Source of the DNA: Calcarisporiella thermophila CBS 279.70 | Taxonomy: Eukaryota > Fungi > Calcarisporiellomycota | Direction: 5' to 3' | Assembly (NCBI RefSeq): GCF_041956535.1 | Contig: NW_027192191.1 | Coordinates: 1,629,688-1,693,687 of the forward strand | DNA: 64,000 bases | Notes under the pieces: model-generated | Seen by the model: only the letters and a program-made list of their open reading frames with translations | What the model was told of the DNA's origin: nothing | Database searches by the model: none | Shown here: piece by piece, positions 38,078 through 52,363 of the stretch | Layout: every line of letters starts with the position of its first letter | How positions within the stretch are numbered: position 1 is the stretch's first letter | Translations under genes and position numbers: made by a program

Positions 38078-40035
38078 ATGGCTTCTCGATACCTGTTTTC
38101 AATTACAGCAATTTTCCTGCTCCTTACAGCATCAGCTTTGTTTCTAGCTTCAGTTGTGTTATCGGATGAGATATTGAAAAAGCCAAATATTGTTTTTATT
38201 CTTACTGATGACCAGGATGCGCGTTTGAATTCGATCGACTTCATGCCGAAGCTTCAATCTCTTCTTGTAAAGCAGGGTATCTCTTTTACCAACCATTATA
38301 CCACTGTTTCGCTCTGTTGTCCAGCACGAGTATCTATTTTGCGTGGCCAATATGCACATAATCATAACGTTACTGATGTCTCGCCACCATAGTAAGAATA
38401 TATCTTTGCACCTAAGACAAACTGTTTTTAAAACTGTGTTATGGGTATTTAGCGGGGGATATCCACAATATGCTCAACTAGATCTTGGAAACGACGCGCT
38501 TCCAGTCTGGCTTCAGGCATCTGGGTACGATACGTATTTTATCGGCAAATACATGAATACATATGGCGTGAAAACTTACAATAAGCCGACCCCTCAGGGC
38601 TGGACCGATTTTGATGGTTTGGTGGATCCCTATACATATGATTTTGAAAACGTTTGGTTCGCCAAAAATGGTAGATGAATGCTGGAAATCAGTTGTTTTG
38701 CATTCTATTTAATGCTTTTTTTTTGTTGATCAGGCAATCCACCTCAAAACTTTCCAGGAAAGCACCAAACCGAGGTTATTATAGAAAAGGCAAAAACGAT
38801 TCTCGAGCATGCTGGAAAAAATACCAAACCATTCTTCTTATACCGTAAGAATTCTATCCACATTGATTGGGAGCATGCCGCTTATCACTATTGTTTTCTA
38901 ATTAGTATCACCGGTAGCTCCTCACAATTCTTTTATATATTCAAACGGGAGCATCAAGGTGGGTGCTCCAGTTCCTTTGCCCAGACATAAGCAACTGTTT
39001 GAAGGAGTCAAAGTACCAAGAACCGGAAATTTCAACCCATCAGGCGAAAATGAGAAACCTTCTTGGCTTCGAAATCTACCTCCACTTACAGAATCCCAAA
39101 TAAACGAAGTTGATAGTCTCTATCGCGCAAGGCTACAATCCTTACAGGGAATCGATGACCTTGTCGAGACCGTGTATAACTCGCTTAAAGAACAAAATCA
39201 ACTGGATAACACGTATATATTCTACTCGTCTGATAATGGTTTTCATCTTGGTCAGCACCGCATCTTTTCTGGAAAAACGTTGCCATACGAGGAGGACATC
39301 AATGTTCCACTTATTGTTCGCGGACCTGGAGTTAAACCAAATCAAATAAATAATAGGATCGGATCCCACCATGACCTCGCACCAACCTTCGTAACTATTG
39401 CTGGAGGAAAGTACCCTGAATTCGTAGACGGTGGTGTTATTTCAGAGGTTCTATCAGATAGCGATAGGAACAGGGTCTCGGAAAATCAAATAACTAGCAG
39501 TGTCTTTGCTGCGGAGTTTTGGGGTGAAGGGTTAATTGAGTATGTAGGAGAGAATTTGAAAGGATCAAGTAATAACACTTATCGTGCCCTTCGAATTCAT
39601 GAAGAGGATGCAGACTATTTATATACAGTATGGTGCACACAAGAGCGAGAACTTTATGATCTCAAGGTATCCATTGAAGAGAAGAGGGATAGTTTGATAT
39701 TTATCTATGCCTACTAACGACGTTCGCTTTCTAATTTGTATTTGTAGAAAGATCCCGATCAACTTCATAATCTCTATCGTACTGCCGATAGGCGCTTGCT
39801 TTTGCGCTTGGATGCCTTATTATTTGTGCTAAAACGATGCAAAGGAGATCAATGTCGTAATCCTTGGAGGACATTACATCCTTCAGGCGAGGTTGGACTT
39901 CTCAATCAGGCCCTGCAAGAAAGCTTCGACCAATATTATGAAGAGCTTCCTAAAGTTAGTTTTACCCAGTGTCCTCCTGGTCAATTCCTCAACGTTGAGG
40001 GAGGACCATATGATTTTAACAAACATCATGCATGA
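38078..40035 (+). CDS. Secreted arylsulfatase (N-acetylglucosamine-6-sulfatase-like family)
   Basis: Signal peptide, KPNIVFILTDDQD, sulfatase signature CCPARVSILRGQYAHNH, GKYMN, SSDNGFHLGQH and GKTLPYEEDINVPLIVRGPG. Confidence 0.93.
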
Positions 40036-40211
40036 AATACTTTAGAGAATTGTATAATAAACATTCAGCTTAGTCTAACTAAAGAGGAATACCGAAGAGC
40101 ATGTAATCTAGACACATATAATATGATGGCAATTCAAATGGGAGGGATTCATGCTATTTGTATACAAAATCTGGCTATATCGCAACTGTTAGGTATGAGT
40201 ACTTGGGTTGT

Positions 40212-41178
40212 TCAATTGGGCGATTTTAGTGCCTTTTCTTTCAATTCTTTTGCAAGCTCAGCTCTTCGAAGATTGGCTGCGTCAATCGCTTCAGCGATTA
40301 TACCGGGAAGACCGAATCGTTCCATTGTTTCGAGGCCGGCCTGAGTTGTTCCGTTGGGTGAGGTAACATTTCGGCGTAAAGTACCAAGAGGATCTGTAGT
40401 TTTCAATACCATTTCAGCAGCTCCTATTTGCCGTCAAGGGAATACACATTAGTAAAACTTTGACTTGAACATAATGAAGCTGCATATAATAACCTAAACA
40501 TGTTTGTGCACAAAGCTCACGTGCAGTGTTCTGTGGGAGGCCCATTTCTACGGCTTTACGTATCATCGAATCCATGAACAAGAAGAAATAAGCCGGGCCA
40601 GATCCGCTCAATCCTCCTATTGTATCAATTTGATCTTCATTTTCTACCCAACACACAATTGGCGACACATTCTTTAAAATCTTTTCCGTTAAAATTTTCT
40701 GCTTCTCAGTAACATGTTGAGTTGCAAATAGCCCTGTTACTCCCTCTCCCACGAAGGTTGGGGTGTTGGGCATGCATCTTATCACGGGAATGTCACAACC
40801 AAACCATTGAGTAATGGACGAAGTGCTGATTCCCGCAGCAACAGAGAGGACCAACATATTTTTCGAGACTATGGGTTTAATTTCGGCGACCACTGATGCT
40901 AATATTTGCGGCTTGACACAGAGGATCACGATATCGGCTGGTGCGCAATTGAAGGCTTTGCCAGTAATGGCAGCGCGATTGTCAGAAGTTAAAAGAAGTC
41001 CTGGGAATTTCAATTGAAGATTATTCAGTCTCTCTTGCCTCGGGGCCGTAACTATAATGTGATCAGCAGGGTAGTCTTGCCTAACGAGACCACCGAAGAT
41101 TGCCTCTGCCATGTTTCCACCTCCGATAAATACCAGTCGATGAGCAGTTTGGCAAGGGTATGCTGTATCTGTAGTCAT
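40212..41178 (-). CDS. PRO3: Pyrroline-5-carboxylate reductase
   Basis: FIGGGNMAEAI, LCVKPQ, IRCMPNTP, SGSGPAYFF and LRRNVTSPNGTT; one intron near 40430-40495. Confidence 0.96.
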
Positions 41179-42222
41179 TTTGTACTGTTATATTGTAGAA
41201 GCAAATTAATAGATCAATTCCCTCTTTATTAGGTTGCTTAGGGTATTTATATATCTTTTAGCTGCAATTTTGCATAGTTTGGTTAGTATATCTAGCCAAT
41301 CTAAAGCTTTGAGAAGGGTACAAGCTCTATACAATGTCAGCTGCTAGGGTAGTTTCGGCCACTATGCCAAACCAAATGAATTAGTTCATGTTCTTTGCTT
41401 TTGCTGGGCTTCTTCATTTCTTGATTCCAATAGCAAGGACATTCAATTTCTAAACCCCTTATGGCGTACCAATTTTATGACTAATGATTAGTCTTCCACT
41501 TCAGGAAATTGTCTTCCAAGCCAAAATAAAAAATGCGCTCTTTCTCAACTTCTGCAAAATCATGGCTAACGATTTAATTTAGTGATCGTGAGGAGATAAT
41601 AACTGATAATTATATATGATACATTTGGTCACTGACAACTTTTCTAAGATGTTCTATGACTAAAAGCATTATAACATTACTCTGCAAGAAATGTATGTCA
41701 TGAAAAAAGCTCTCACCCTTAATTAATGGTTCCACGAAATTGAGCGCTTAGAGCTAAGAGGAATAGCATATAGAAACAGATGAGCCATACTAAATGACTG
41801 TAGGATTTAAGCTCTCCGTGGTTGTAAGGCATTATATCATGCAGATTATACCAAAACTTAACTCTATTAATATCTGTATCAATACTGCTCATCGCTAGGA
41901 AGTGAACATTGAATTTTGCAAACATATCCTTTATATTGGCATGTCTATATTCAAAATCACTTTAAATTGACATATTTTATAATAAATGTTATCATAGAAG
42001 AAATTATATTTTAACCTTCAGAAATTCAAAAAAATCTGTATTTTAAATGATTACATCTTGGTATATAGATTGCTAAATCTACTTCGAAATTTTTTCAGTT
42101 CTCGATAGAATATAATATATCAAATTTATTAATAGGATATTCTAAGCCATTACTACTCTGTTCGTTAAGATACAATACAAGTACAATTATTAGCTTTATA
42201 TCATTTTAGAATACCCGGCAAC

Positions 42223-44265
42223 TCAATCTTTCTTAGCCTTGTTCGAAGGTTGCTCACATTCCTGTGGTAATTTGAAGCTCTCCTCGCGAGTTCCAGGACC
42301 CGAAACTGGATTGTTGGTGACACGAGCCCCAACGCCCAACCCACGTTTAGCGAAGCCACGCCAGATATCACATGCGAACTTGCCACCAGTGAGCACTTTT
42401 TCTGCCTGCAAAATTGCGTCACGAGCTTGCGTGAATGTAGGCTGACATGGCTGCAATTTCAAACCATCGAGCACGATTTGGAGCGACAGAGTGTTGCCTT
42501 TGGAGGTAATGTAAGTGCGCAGTGCATTGGGGTCAGTCGTCTTTGGCGGGAACCATTTAGGGTTGTAACCATGTTTATCCACGATATTCCAATATACTTC
42601 ATAAAGCATGTTGGCCCAGACAGCTCCCTTAGGATGAACCCCCGAGTAGGACGAATTGTTGTTCATGATACCATAGGTTTCAGGGTTGGTCTTCAAGCTA
42701 GTGGAGTAAGGATATCTGCGAATACCTTTACCGTTGGCATAGTCACCCATGCTGAATTCAGATTCTCGGGTGTGACTCGAGTTGGTACGAAGAATTGTGG
42801 CAAAAAAGTCACCCCATCCTTCTCCCATGCCACCCGCCTCACCATAAGGAAGGCAGCCCGAGTTTCCAGGTCCACCAGTAAGGCGATTGCTGATACCGTG
42901 TGCATACTCGTGGATAATAATACCAGCCTCAAGATCACCATCGCGGTAAGGATCAGACTTATTCCACACATACATGCGCATTTTACCGCGACGACCATCG
43001 GGTGGAGTTGCAAAGTTGGCGTTGTTATATCCAGCTCCATCTTGTGCCTGCGCAATCACTGCGTCACCACCAATACCCCCTCGGTTTCCATTATCTTCTT
43101 GGAAATTACCAGCAGCCTCATCGAAGCCGTAGCGATAGAAGAGATCATGGATAATGTTGTTCCAATAAAACAAATTGGTAATTGAAGCGTTAACATAGGT
43201 CTCTGGCCCCTTTGTAAGATCCAACGGGAAGTCGAATTCAAGGTTTTTACCACCTTCAGCGCGCTGTTTTTTCTTCCAATCCGCATTAAGTTCACCGTTG
43301 AGGTTCTCGTAAGCATAAACATTATTGCCGATTGTATCGGTGAAGCTCTTATCTCCTTGAATGTGCCAACCTTTTGGTGAAGCTACTTGATCATGAGGAT
43401 CTTTAACTTTCTGTCTGGGTCCTTCGGAAGGGTCATTTTGGCCAAACGGAAACACGTTGTAGGATGCATCCGCAACCCAGTCAATAAGCGAAAGTACTTT
43501 CCCGTTATTAACTTGGACATGGGATTGGAGCCAGTTATTTTCCATCTCAACCTCGATCTCCCAGACGGGTTGCAGCTGTCGCCCACCATCAGTCTGAATC
43601 AGGACTTGACGCACGGGAACCTTGCTACCGGGAACGGCAAAAGGCACGTTGGTGAGCACGGTGGTCGGCTCGCCATCGAGTGAGTTTTCAACCTCAACCT
43701 TAATTTTATCTGCTCCTGAAATATCAGCTTTGATATGCTTTGCGAGAGATTTCAATGCCTCGATCGGGTCAATGGTTTTGCCTGTTGCGTCGCCAGCGAG
43801 TTTTGGCTTAGGATCATTGGCCTCATTAGCCTCTTTAGCCTGCCTCCTAACATTTCGTGACTTCCGGCCGCGATAGAATGAATTGCCATACGAGATGACC
43901 CGACCCTTTGAGTCAACGTTGATATTAAAGTTGCCGTTGACCACCTCCACCCCATCTACCACTTGGCGCAAATAGACGTGGGTGATCCCGTTCACTTGGG
44001 ATTTGTAGACATTCTTTACCACGAATTCCGAGTTAGTCAGCTGTTTTTGAGCAAATTGTCTGGCTACTTCCAATGCGTCCCGCTGTTTAAAACCGCGCAG
44101 ATCTGCCTGCACTTCTGACGATTGATCGACATTGAAGACTTGGATGTTAGTTAAATCAGGACCGAAAACTTCTATTTGCTTGCGAGCACTGGAGCCTGAA
44201 GGCTTCGCGGCCACCAGAGATGCCATAGATACCAATAATATCGCACTAAGGGAGATGATCTTCAT
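42223..44265 (-). CDS. Fungalysin (M36) extracellular metalloprotease, intronless
   Basis: Signal peptide, FTP propeptide (THVYLRQVVDGVEV.N), TIGNNV, YGFDEAAGNFQ, NNANFATPPDG, HEYAHGISNRLTGG, GMGEGWGD and FAKRGLG. Confidence 0.97.
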   Translation of the reverse strand: MKIISLSAILLVSMASLVAAKPSGSSARKQIEVFGPDLTNIQVFNVDQSSEVQADLRGFKQRDALEVARQFAQKQLTNSEFVVKNVYKSQVNGITHVYLRQVVDGVEVVNGNFNINVDSKGRVISYGNSFYRGRKSRNVRRQAKEANEANDPKPKLAGDATGKTIDPIEALKSLAKHIKADISGADKIKVEVENSLDGEPTTVLTNVPFAVPGSKVPVRQVLIQTDGGRQLQPVWEIEVEMENNWLQSHVQVNNGKVLSLIDWVADASYNVFPFGQNDPSEGPRQKVKDPHDQVASPKGWHIQGDKSFTDTIGNNVYAYENLNGELNADWKKKQRAEGGKNLEFDFPLDLTKGPETYVNASITNLFYWNNIIHDLFYRYGFDEAAGNFQEDNGNRGGIGGDAVIAQAQDGAGYNNANFATPPDGRRGKMRMYVWNKSDPYRDGDLEAGIIIHEYAHGISNRLTGGPGNSGCLPYGEAGGMGEGWGDFFATILRTNSSHTRESEFSMGDYANGKGIRRYPYSTSLKTNPETYGIMNNNSSYSGVHPKGAVWANMLYEVYWNIVDKHGYNPKWFPPKTTDPNALRTYITSKGNTLSLQIVLDGLKLQPCQPTFTQARDAILQAEKVLTGGKFACDIWRGFAKRGLGVGARVTNNPVSGPGTREESFKLPQECEQPSNKAKKD

Positions 44266-46637
44266 TGTTGTAGGAGTGTCGAGTTAAAGAAAAGGGAGTG
44301 CGAGGAAGAAGGAGTGGTATTGGATTAGATTGAGAGAAAGGTTATTGAAGATAGCTACGTTTCGAGGTGGCCTCTATTTATACGTCTTTGCCACGCTTTA
44401 ACAAATCTCGGAGATCTCTTAATTGATTTACGCAATATCATAATCTTTAAGGGAGTATACTTTCTGAACTCCTGATGATCTGCAAAGTTACTAGGTCAGC
44501 TTAGAGCCTCGGGAGAAATAGGGCTTGATTATTGTTAAGGATATGGTCTTCTTGTGATTCGAAAGAAATGACCATATTAGATAATATGGTCGTACTACCG
44601 AAAACATCCTTAAATCGGGCTTTAAAAATGGAAGTATAGTGCTTACATAAATTTCAACTTTTCGCTATTTAAGTTGTATAGCGTCAATCAAGGCAATTTT
44701 GTCATGGTAGCGGTCTGTGTCCGTTTATTATTCAGAAATTGCTCCATCTTTTGGAGAATTGGCGCCAGTTTATGTGAAACTACGACACGCCTTTCTGTAC
44801 ACCGAAAGTTGTAACTAGTCATAGCACAAAATATTCTCATTTGGAGTACAAAAGTGAACTTACGTTAGCCACATACATCACTTGATCTCTACCAAGTGCA
44901 AAAGTGGGTTGAATAGAGTAGAGTGATTAGTTAGGATTTATTCCTGTTGATAATATTAATAGGTGGCTAATTCAGTTTGGGTGGCAGTAGAGAGATGCTT
45001 GCGTGTACAGCATCTCTTCTTTATGAATTAATGGATTATACATTAATAAGCCTGACAGTCTAAAGCATAAACTTTGTTGAATTATCTAGGAGGATATGTT
45101 CTATCATAATGACGATTTATTGAGAAAATCTGAATCTCACCATTTCTCTTCTGATTTCCATCACTATTACATTTTTTTAATAATTGAAGATAGTACAATA
45201 TGTCGTTATCTGTGCTCCAAAAAAAAAAAATCTCTAAAAAACACAAAAATATAAAAAAAGTTTACGATTAACTCATAAGTAATCACAATTCAATATACCT
45301 CATATTGGTTAGAGTTACACTTATCACATGTATTTCACTTTATGCTATAAGCAAGAAAATCCTCCGACTAAAGCAAAGTTTATGCTTAGTTGAGGTCGAA
45401 AAGTTAAACACTTATTATCTTCAGAAACAATTAGGTAAATAGAAACACGCGTTCTATAACGAAAGAAGTATCCACGATCTCCATTAAATAAGAATATACC
45501 ACAAATATATTCAACATTGCTAACGTACCTAACAATTAGTGCTTCGTTCCATTTGCCAACGAGAGAATTAAAAAAAAATCTAATCTACATATTAGTATAA
45601 TTGAAAAGTTAGATTTAAAATTAAAGTGATTAATACTGGACTGTAGAGAATCCTATCTTGAATCGAAATAAAAAGCATGTTTTCAGTTCAACTCGAACCC
45701 ATCATGCGATCTAAAGTAAAAGCTACCCTTATTATGCAATGGATCAATTCAACAAAGCCACATAGCAATAAAGGGTAGTAAATCTAATTAAAAAAACTAG
45801 TTTATCATCCTAAAAAGAGTATCATAGCTAATTTACTCTTATCAGCGATGAATAGTTCTATCTTGGATGAAAATGCGTTCAATTATTTATCTTTTTTTTG
45901 GGTTTGGGATATCCGAAATTGCTAATGGGTATGAGATAGTAATATATTTATTATTTATACATTGGTTGCTTAGAAATCTACTTATAAAATCCGTGGTAAT
46001 AAATTAATATCTGAAGGTTAGTAAGTAAGGTTTTTAGATAAAGAGTGGCAATATTTTAATCTAATACTCTCTGATCCTAGTAAATCGTACAGTATCTTTG
46101 CTTTGCATCCAATTTAGAAGTAATATTAATAATTTATTGAATTAGACTACATAATTTAAATTTAAATATATTAGTAACATAATATATATTTTCTTAGTGC
46201 ACACCCTTAACTGTATAAATAAATTTTAGATATCCCGCCTACTAGCAATCGCTCATATGTCATATGATTTAAATATTATTGTTAGACTAAGCAAAGTATG
46301 TCAAGCATATTTATATTTATATTATTATATATTATTATATTACTCTATTCTTCTCCATCTTTGCTCTCTATATATTTAGACCACTTTAAATATATTTTAA
46401 TGATATAAGCTATCGTAGATTCTCTGTAAATTGGTTATCTAAAGATTAAATATACTATATAAAGTAATAAATTACAACAATGCATCTTGGGAAATCTACT
46501 CGAAAAACTATTTTCCAATGCTGATTAATTGCGACTTAATCATCAATTATCCTTAGGCATTTTCAATCGGATAAATCCGACTGCAATCATACTCTTATTG
46601 CTCTAAAGTTCTCTTCAGAAATTATCACATTGGCTCC

Positions 46638-48042
46638 TTACTGATCACTCGGAACGCTCTGTTGATTTTGAGCTTCTTGCAACTTCATAAGAAGCTCTTG
46701 CATCAGAGTTGTCTCAAGCGGGACATCGGCCCGACCACTGAGCTGGCCAGTGCATCCTGTTTTCACGCCATTAAATCCGAAATGCTAAAAATAGTCCAAT
46801 ATGTAAAAAATGATATTTTTCTGTTTTGAGATCCTTATCATAACTTACATCTACACTCTCCAAATTGAAATTAAACTGAAAAGCAGCTTTCGCTAGTTCA
46901 AACAGCTCGGTTCCGAGCTTACTAAGAGCACTTTGATCGGCCTCGCATTCCGGATCAGTTCCAGAAATACAATGAATAAACTTGCCGTTAGTATGTGCAT
47001 GAATTACGAAGTTACGGCTTTTATAATTGGGAAAATCCTCGAGTAGGAACGAATCTTTTAGAAGTTCGGGTTTAAATGGCACAAAGGGTATAGGATCATG
47101 GCGATTTGTAAGTCGTTTTTGTAGAATGGGCAGGTTATTCATGAACTGAGTGAAAATTTCTCCTCCTACCCTCGGCTGGCCCAGAGTGATAAGAGCCACT
47201 TTGGAATCATCAAAATGCTGGCTAACCTCCTGACCATGGTTTATCAATTCTGCTGCTAATATTCAAAAAATAAAGGCGTTAAGAAAGAAAATTTGATATT
47301 GTTAGAAAAAACCGACTTACTGATGAGAGTTGCAATAGCTCCGCCAAGAGAGTGTCCAATTACCTCCACTTCATACTCTATAAATATCTCACCCATATCG
47401 GCTATTTCACTTTGTAGCTTTGGAAATAGATATGCTTTGGTTTTCATGGCCGTCACATAAAATCCTAAACGAAGGAGGTAATTGTGGATATAAATTTAAA
47501 CATTAATGAAATTGCTTTCTCGATCGATAGCTTGGCTTTCGCATATACCTTTGTGTACCTCTGCACCCGCTATATCTGGGTGGATGATTTCTGTTTTTAA
47601 TAAATCCGTTTTGACATTGTCTACCGATGAGGTTCCCTTGAAGACAATGATTAAAGTCTTGCGTTTGTCATCTCTCCCGAAGAAGCCCCCAATATCACCC
47701 GTTTGGGAACGGTCAAATCTATATTCCAATTTGGATAAGTGAAGATGGAAACCCATTTTACCTCAGTGAACCATCTACTTACTTATCTATCACTTTGACC
47801 TCTTCAAAATTCGTACAGAGATTGGTATTAGAACAATCTATCGACTCTTTAAAAAGCTTTCCTGGTTGAAAATTAGAACACGCTGCGATAGAGGCTAGCC
47901 TGGCGTAGGAAGTGGCTGCATCTAGTTGCTGCTGGTTAAGTTCCGAGTTTTGTGTATTAGAAATGCTGCGAAGTGCCTGTGAGAGTAGGTTTTGCGCATT
48001 TACTAAGGTAACGAGCGCAAATAGAGCAAAAAGAGTAAACAT
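46638..48042 (-). CDS. Secreted class-3 lipase, paralog A (5 exons)
   Basis: Signal peptide, IVFKGTSS, VHKGFY, GHSLGGA nucleophile, TLGQPRVG, RLTNRHDPIP and a catalytic His at the start of the last exon (HFGF). Confidence 0.9.
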
Positions 48043-48988
48043 TTTGAGAATGCAATTATGTAGTTGTAGAAGGAAGGGTAATTGAGAACAGTATTTATAA
48101 AAATCAGCTTCCATTGATAATGACTATCTATACCCTCATTTCATTATCATGCTATACATAATGAAGCTGACGTATTGAATAATAAACTTATTTGAACCGT
48201 AGAGTGCATCTTTTATGTGCCACACAATTATTGAAGCTTTTACTGCGGTGGCTAAGACATGTCCTATTAAATCCCCGAAAATTCATTTGAATCCTCTCGG
48301 ATAGATACTAAGGTTTATTCGATATATAGAAAGATGATGATAGAGACACCGGGGTATTCGAAGGAGAATTGAATATAAGTTAGATTATTTCACCGTTCAT
48401 CATCAGTGGAGCCTTCATATCCACTCTGCCCCATACCCCATATCACGTTGGCCATTTACTATAACTCGACTTTACCCTTTATAGTTTTATATAATCGACA
48501 TTTTATTAAGGGCTCTTAGTCGTAATATAATATAATGACTGGGAATTTAAAAAGGTGCAGTGTTTGAGTAATGAAGCGGTATTGAACACTAAAAATCAGA
48601 AGTTGGATAGACCATTTCTCCATTGTAATACTGCTAATGGAGGATTTATTTATTTATAAATATTTATTAGAGCTAGTTAAATTTGTGTATAAGATGGCTA
48701 TATTTCTAAAGTAAAGCGGCAGCCGTGATATTTTTCCAGAAGAATCAATGCAGGGAGGAAATCACCAGTTCAATTGACAACTACATAGTGTAGAGTCCTG
48801 TGGATAAATTCATTAAATTAAAATGTAAAATACAAGAGCTTTGAATATCTATAAATAAGATATTAGCTTAAATAAGTGTCTCTAGAATTAAAACTGAATG
48901 CTTTGATTCTATACAAGCATTCCAAGATTTTGGTATACGTGGTATTAAGACAGTATTTTAAATTAATCGCCAAGGAAATATCTTTCGA

Positions 48989-50400
48989 TTATATCTTTGG
49001 AGTGTTGACTTTGGGGTCTTTCTGGTCCTTCTCGGCAATCTCTCCCAACTGCATAAGAAGTTCTTCAAGCAGAGTTGTATCGCCAATCGATCTTGTGGAC
49101 TTGTTGTTATCTGTTGGGCAACCAGTAATCACGCCTCCAAACTCGAAATGCTAGAAGTCAGAGTTTTCAATAAGTATATGAATCTTCTTAACTTATTCAC
49201 CATTACATTCACTTACATCTAAATCGTCCAAATTAACCTTTGATTTGAAAAACGACTTTGCCAGATCCAACAATTCGGATCCTATTTTTCTGAAAGCTCC
49301 TTTGTCCGACTCGCAGGCACTATCGTTTGCGGATATACAGTGAATCACTTTTCCGTTATTATGTGCATGAATTTCAAAATCACGGCTTTCATAGTTGGGG
49401 ATGGATTCGAGTAAAATAGAATTTCTGGCAAACACTGGTTTAAATGGCAAGAATGGTACGGGATCGTCACGGTTCGTAACTCGTTTTTGAAGGAATGGTT
49501 GTTGGTTTATAAATTGAACAAATTTTCGATCGCCCACTCTTGGCTCGCCCAACGTAACGAGAACAATCTTCCTCTTATTGAAATTGGGGATAGACTTAGG
49601 CCCATGGTTCACTAATTCCGCAGCTTAAATCAATACACAATTAGATCGGAGGTAACACTTATGAAATATGCGAAGGATAGTTTACTGAATAGAGTTGCAA
49701 CTGCGCCACCGAGTGAGTGCCCAATAACTTCGATCTCATACTCTCGAAACATTGCACCCATTTTGCTTGCCTCATGCTTGATCTTTGGAAGTAGATAATT
49801 TTTCGCTTTGATGGCCGCATTATAAAATCCTATTCAGAGGGATTAGGGGATAGATTTTGAGTTGGTTGATTTCAAGGGTCCAATTTTTCCGTGTTTACCT
49901 CGATGCACCTCCGCACCCGCGATATCCGGGTGCTTTACTTCGTTAGCAGTTAGGTCAGTCATTATATTCTTGAACGAGGAAGTTCCTTGGAAAGAAACGA
50001 TCAAAGTCCTGCGTTTGTCATCCCTGGCAAGATAACCTCCAATATCTCCGGTTTGAGCGCGATCAAACCTAAATTCCAAATATAAGCATTAGGAAGGTTC
50101 AGGGGGTATACCTTACTAGGCACCAGAGTGAATATCTTACTTGTCCAGTACTTTAACATTTTCAAAATCGGTACAAAGAGTGGTTAGGGAGCATTCTCGC
50201 GCCTGCTTGAACACCTGCCCTGTCTGCATCCGGGAGCATGCTGCGATGGAAGCTAGTCGAATATAGGACCGTACAGCATTGATTTGCTTTTGATTTAGCT
50301 CCGTGTTTCGATGATTAGGAATGGTACGAAGGATCCTGGAGAGTGGATTTTGTGCATGTACCAGGGCAAAAAGCGCAAGCAGGACTATAAAGATGCGCAT
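48989..50400 (-). CDS. Secreted class-3 lipase, paralog B (5 exons)
   Basis: Signal peptide, VSFQGTSS, VHRGFY, GHSLGGA, TLGEPRVG, RVTNRDDPVP and HFEF; same intron positions as paralog A. Confidence 0.9.
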
Positions 50401-52363
50401 AATAAGGTATAATACAAGGGAATTAAAAGGAATGACAAATGTGTGTGGCTCTTTAAGGGCTTCGGCATGAATTTATATGATTTTAACGTGATACGGATGC
50501 TTGGATTTCTCCTGATAATTTGTATTCTATAAATGGCACCGCTGATCTTTTGAATGATTTTTCTCGCAGGCTTATCCACTTTTCACGAACAGTAGAAGCC
50601 TGCTTTTAGTGCCACATGGATCAAACGCCCATCACATGAGTTTGTAGGTGGGAAAAGAGGTCATTAGCTAGCAGTTTTCCTGCATTGACAGCAGTATCCA
50701 ATATTGTTTGTATTAATATAAGAATTGCCTTTGTGGATAGCATCCTGCTATGATTACTGATTTGGGTTGACCTTCAATTCGAACGGATCATCCCAATTTG
50801 GTCAAGCCACTCGCTTACACTATACAACTTCATTTGATTCGATTGTAATTCCGCAATGATGGAATCTGCCACAAATCCATAAAACGTTGGTCACCAGCAA
50901 ATGTTGAGTGTTTGATCCCTTTAACTCCGCCGCTTCCAGCCTGACTTAATGACATGGTGTGGCTTCCTCTGCCATGCTTATACAATGCTTATTTTAATAG
51001 CCAACCCCAACAGCGGCTCTTTTATTTTGTAACGCTTCTAAGCATATTTTTTCCCTCTTACTACATGTCTAATCATCTGAGGACTCGCCTTAAACGGTCA
51101 GCTAATAGCTGAGCTGATAAACTAATTTAATTCGTCCTCTTTCAACATGTACGACGATGATCTTATCTACTGTATCTTGAGCTTTGATTTAAAGCTCATA
51201 ACTGGCTATTAAGTCCATTTTGATGGGACGGCAGATTTCAGATAACTTATACCTCGATTTTAGTAACGAAAATTTGGCTGCAAAACAAAACTCCTCTAAT
51301 TCATGAAGAGTGGCAATGGAATTTGGTCACCAGAAGTCAGTTCTCGGTGATGACATCAGATTCTTTCGCGCCATCCCTATGTATCTATAAAGGCCAGTAA
51401 TATGGAAGACTCGCAATATTGTTTAACTAGCTGTCAATACTTTGTGAACCATGGAAAAAAGGAACCAAATAAAATGTTGGGGAAGAGTACATAAAAAAAT
51501 TAAACCCAAAAAAAGAAATGGTACTATAAAACAACTAAGCTTAGTTACTCGGATTTTTTTTCTCTCACAGTCCTTTATCCCCAGGTTTTGGCTAGAATCT
51601 CGTTAAGTTTACAGTTTCAATGTGGAGAAATCCAAGCAATCGGGCTGTATATAACTAAGTTAGCTGTGCTTTTAATAAAATCAAAGTATATTAGAGGACA
51701 GCTAGCCCAAATAGAGTAGCTATCTTTATCATACTGAAAGATTAGCGCCAACTTCGTAGTTATCAATATAACACAGTAGAGATACTGGGAGTGTCAATAT
51801 ATGAAGGCGGCAATGAAGAAAAGATTTTTCTGGTTGAGGGTAGTCTACACTTCCAGATCTATACCCTGCGCAAAAGCCAGTTGGCAATGGCCATGCCGAT
51901 TCAGACTTAACCTCCACTGACTTTCCACTTGGAAGGGACTTGTAATCTAGTCCTGTGGCTCTCCGCGGGAGCCTGGTAAGATGTTCGGCGCTGTTTTTGT
52001 TCTAAAGATTGGGGTCTACAAACAATCAATCATATGATTCTCCAGTAAGGTTCAATACTCTTATCATTACCCATACGTGGCAGCTTTCATGATTAAATTA
52101 ATTTTCGCACAGTCCAAGAGTTAATGACAGGTCAGCCCAAGAATGGCTGTAATTCAGGTGGTACTCGCCCACTCTTGTGAATGAGTTATGTTCCATCTGG
52201 AAACCGGGCCAAAACAGGTTTCACACAACGAATTGCCGAGCAAAATCTAGTTGGTGGTATTAATAATGATTGAAAGGCGCATTGAAACGCGGCTTGTCTT
52301 TTTCGTTATATAGAAAGCCAACCTCTCTCCCCGGGATTCAGCCTCATTCATCAATTCATCTCA

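Noticed and set aside
42427-43185. 252-aa plus-strand ORF
   Set aside because: Antisense shadow of the fungalysin gene caused by codon bias; the same applies to the antisense ORFs over fzo1, kinesin and NDUFS1.
44300-46600. Long AT-rich spacer checked for RNA genes and repeats
   Set aside because: Only low-complexity A/T tracts; nothing structured that I can support.
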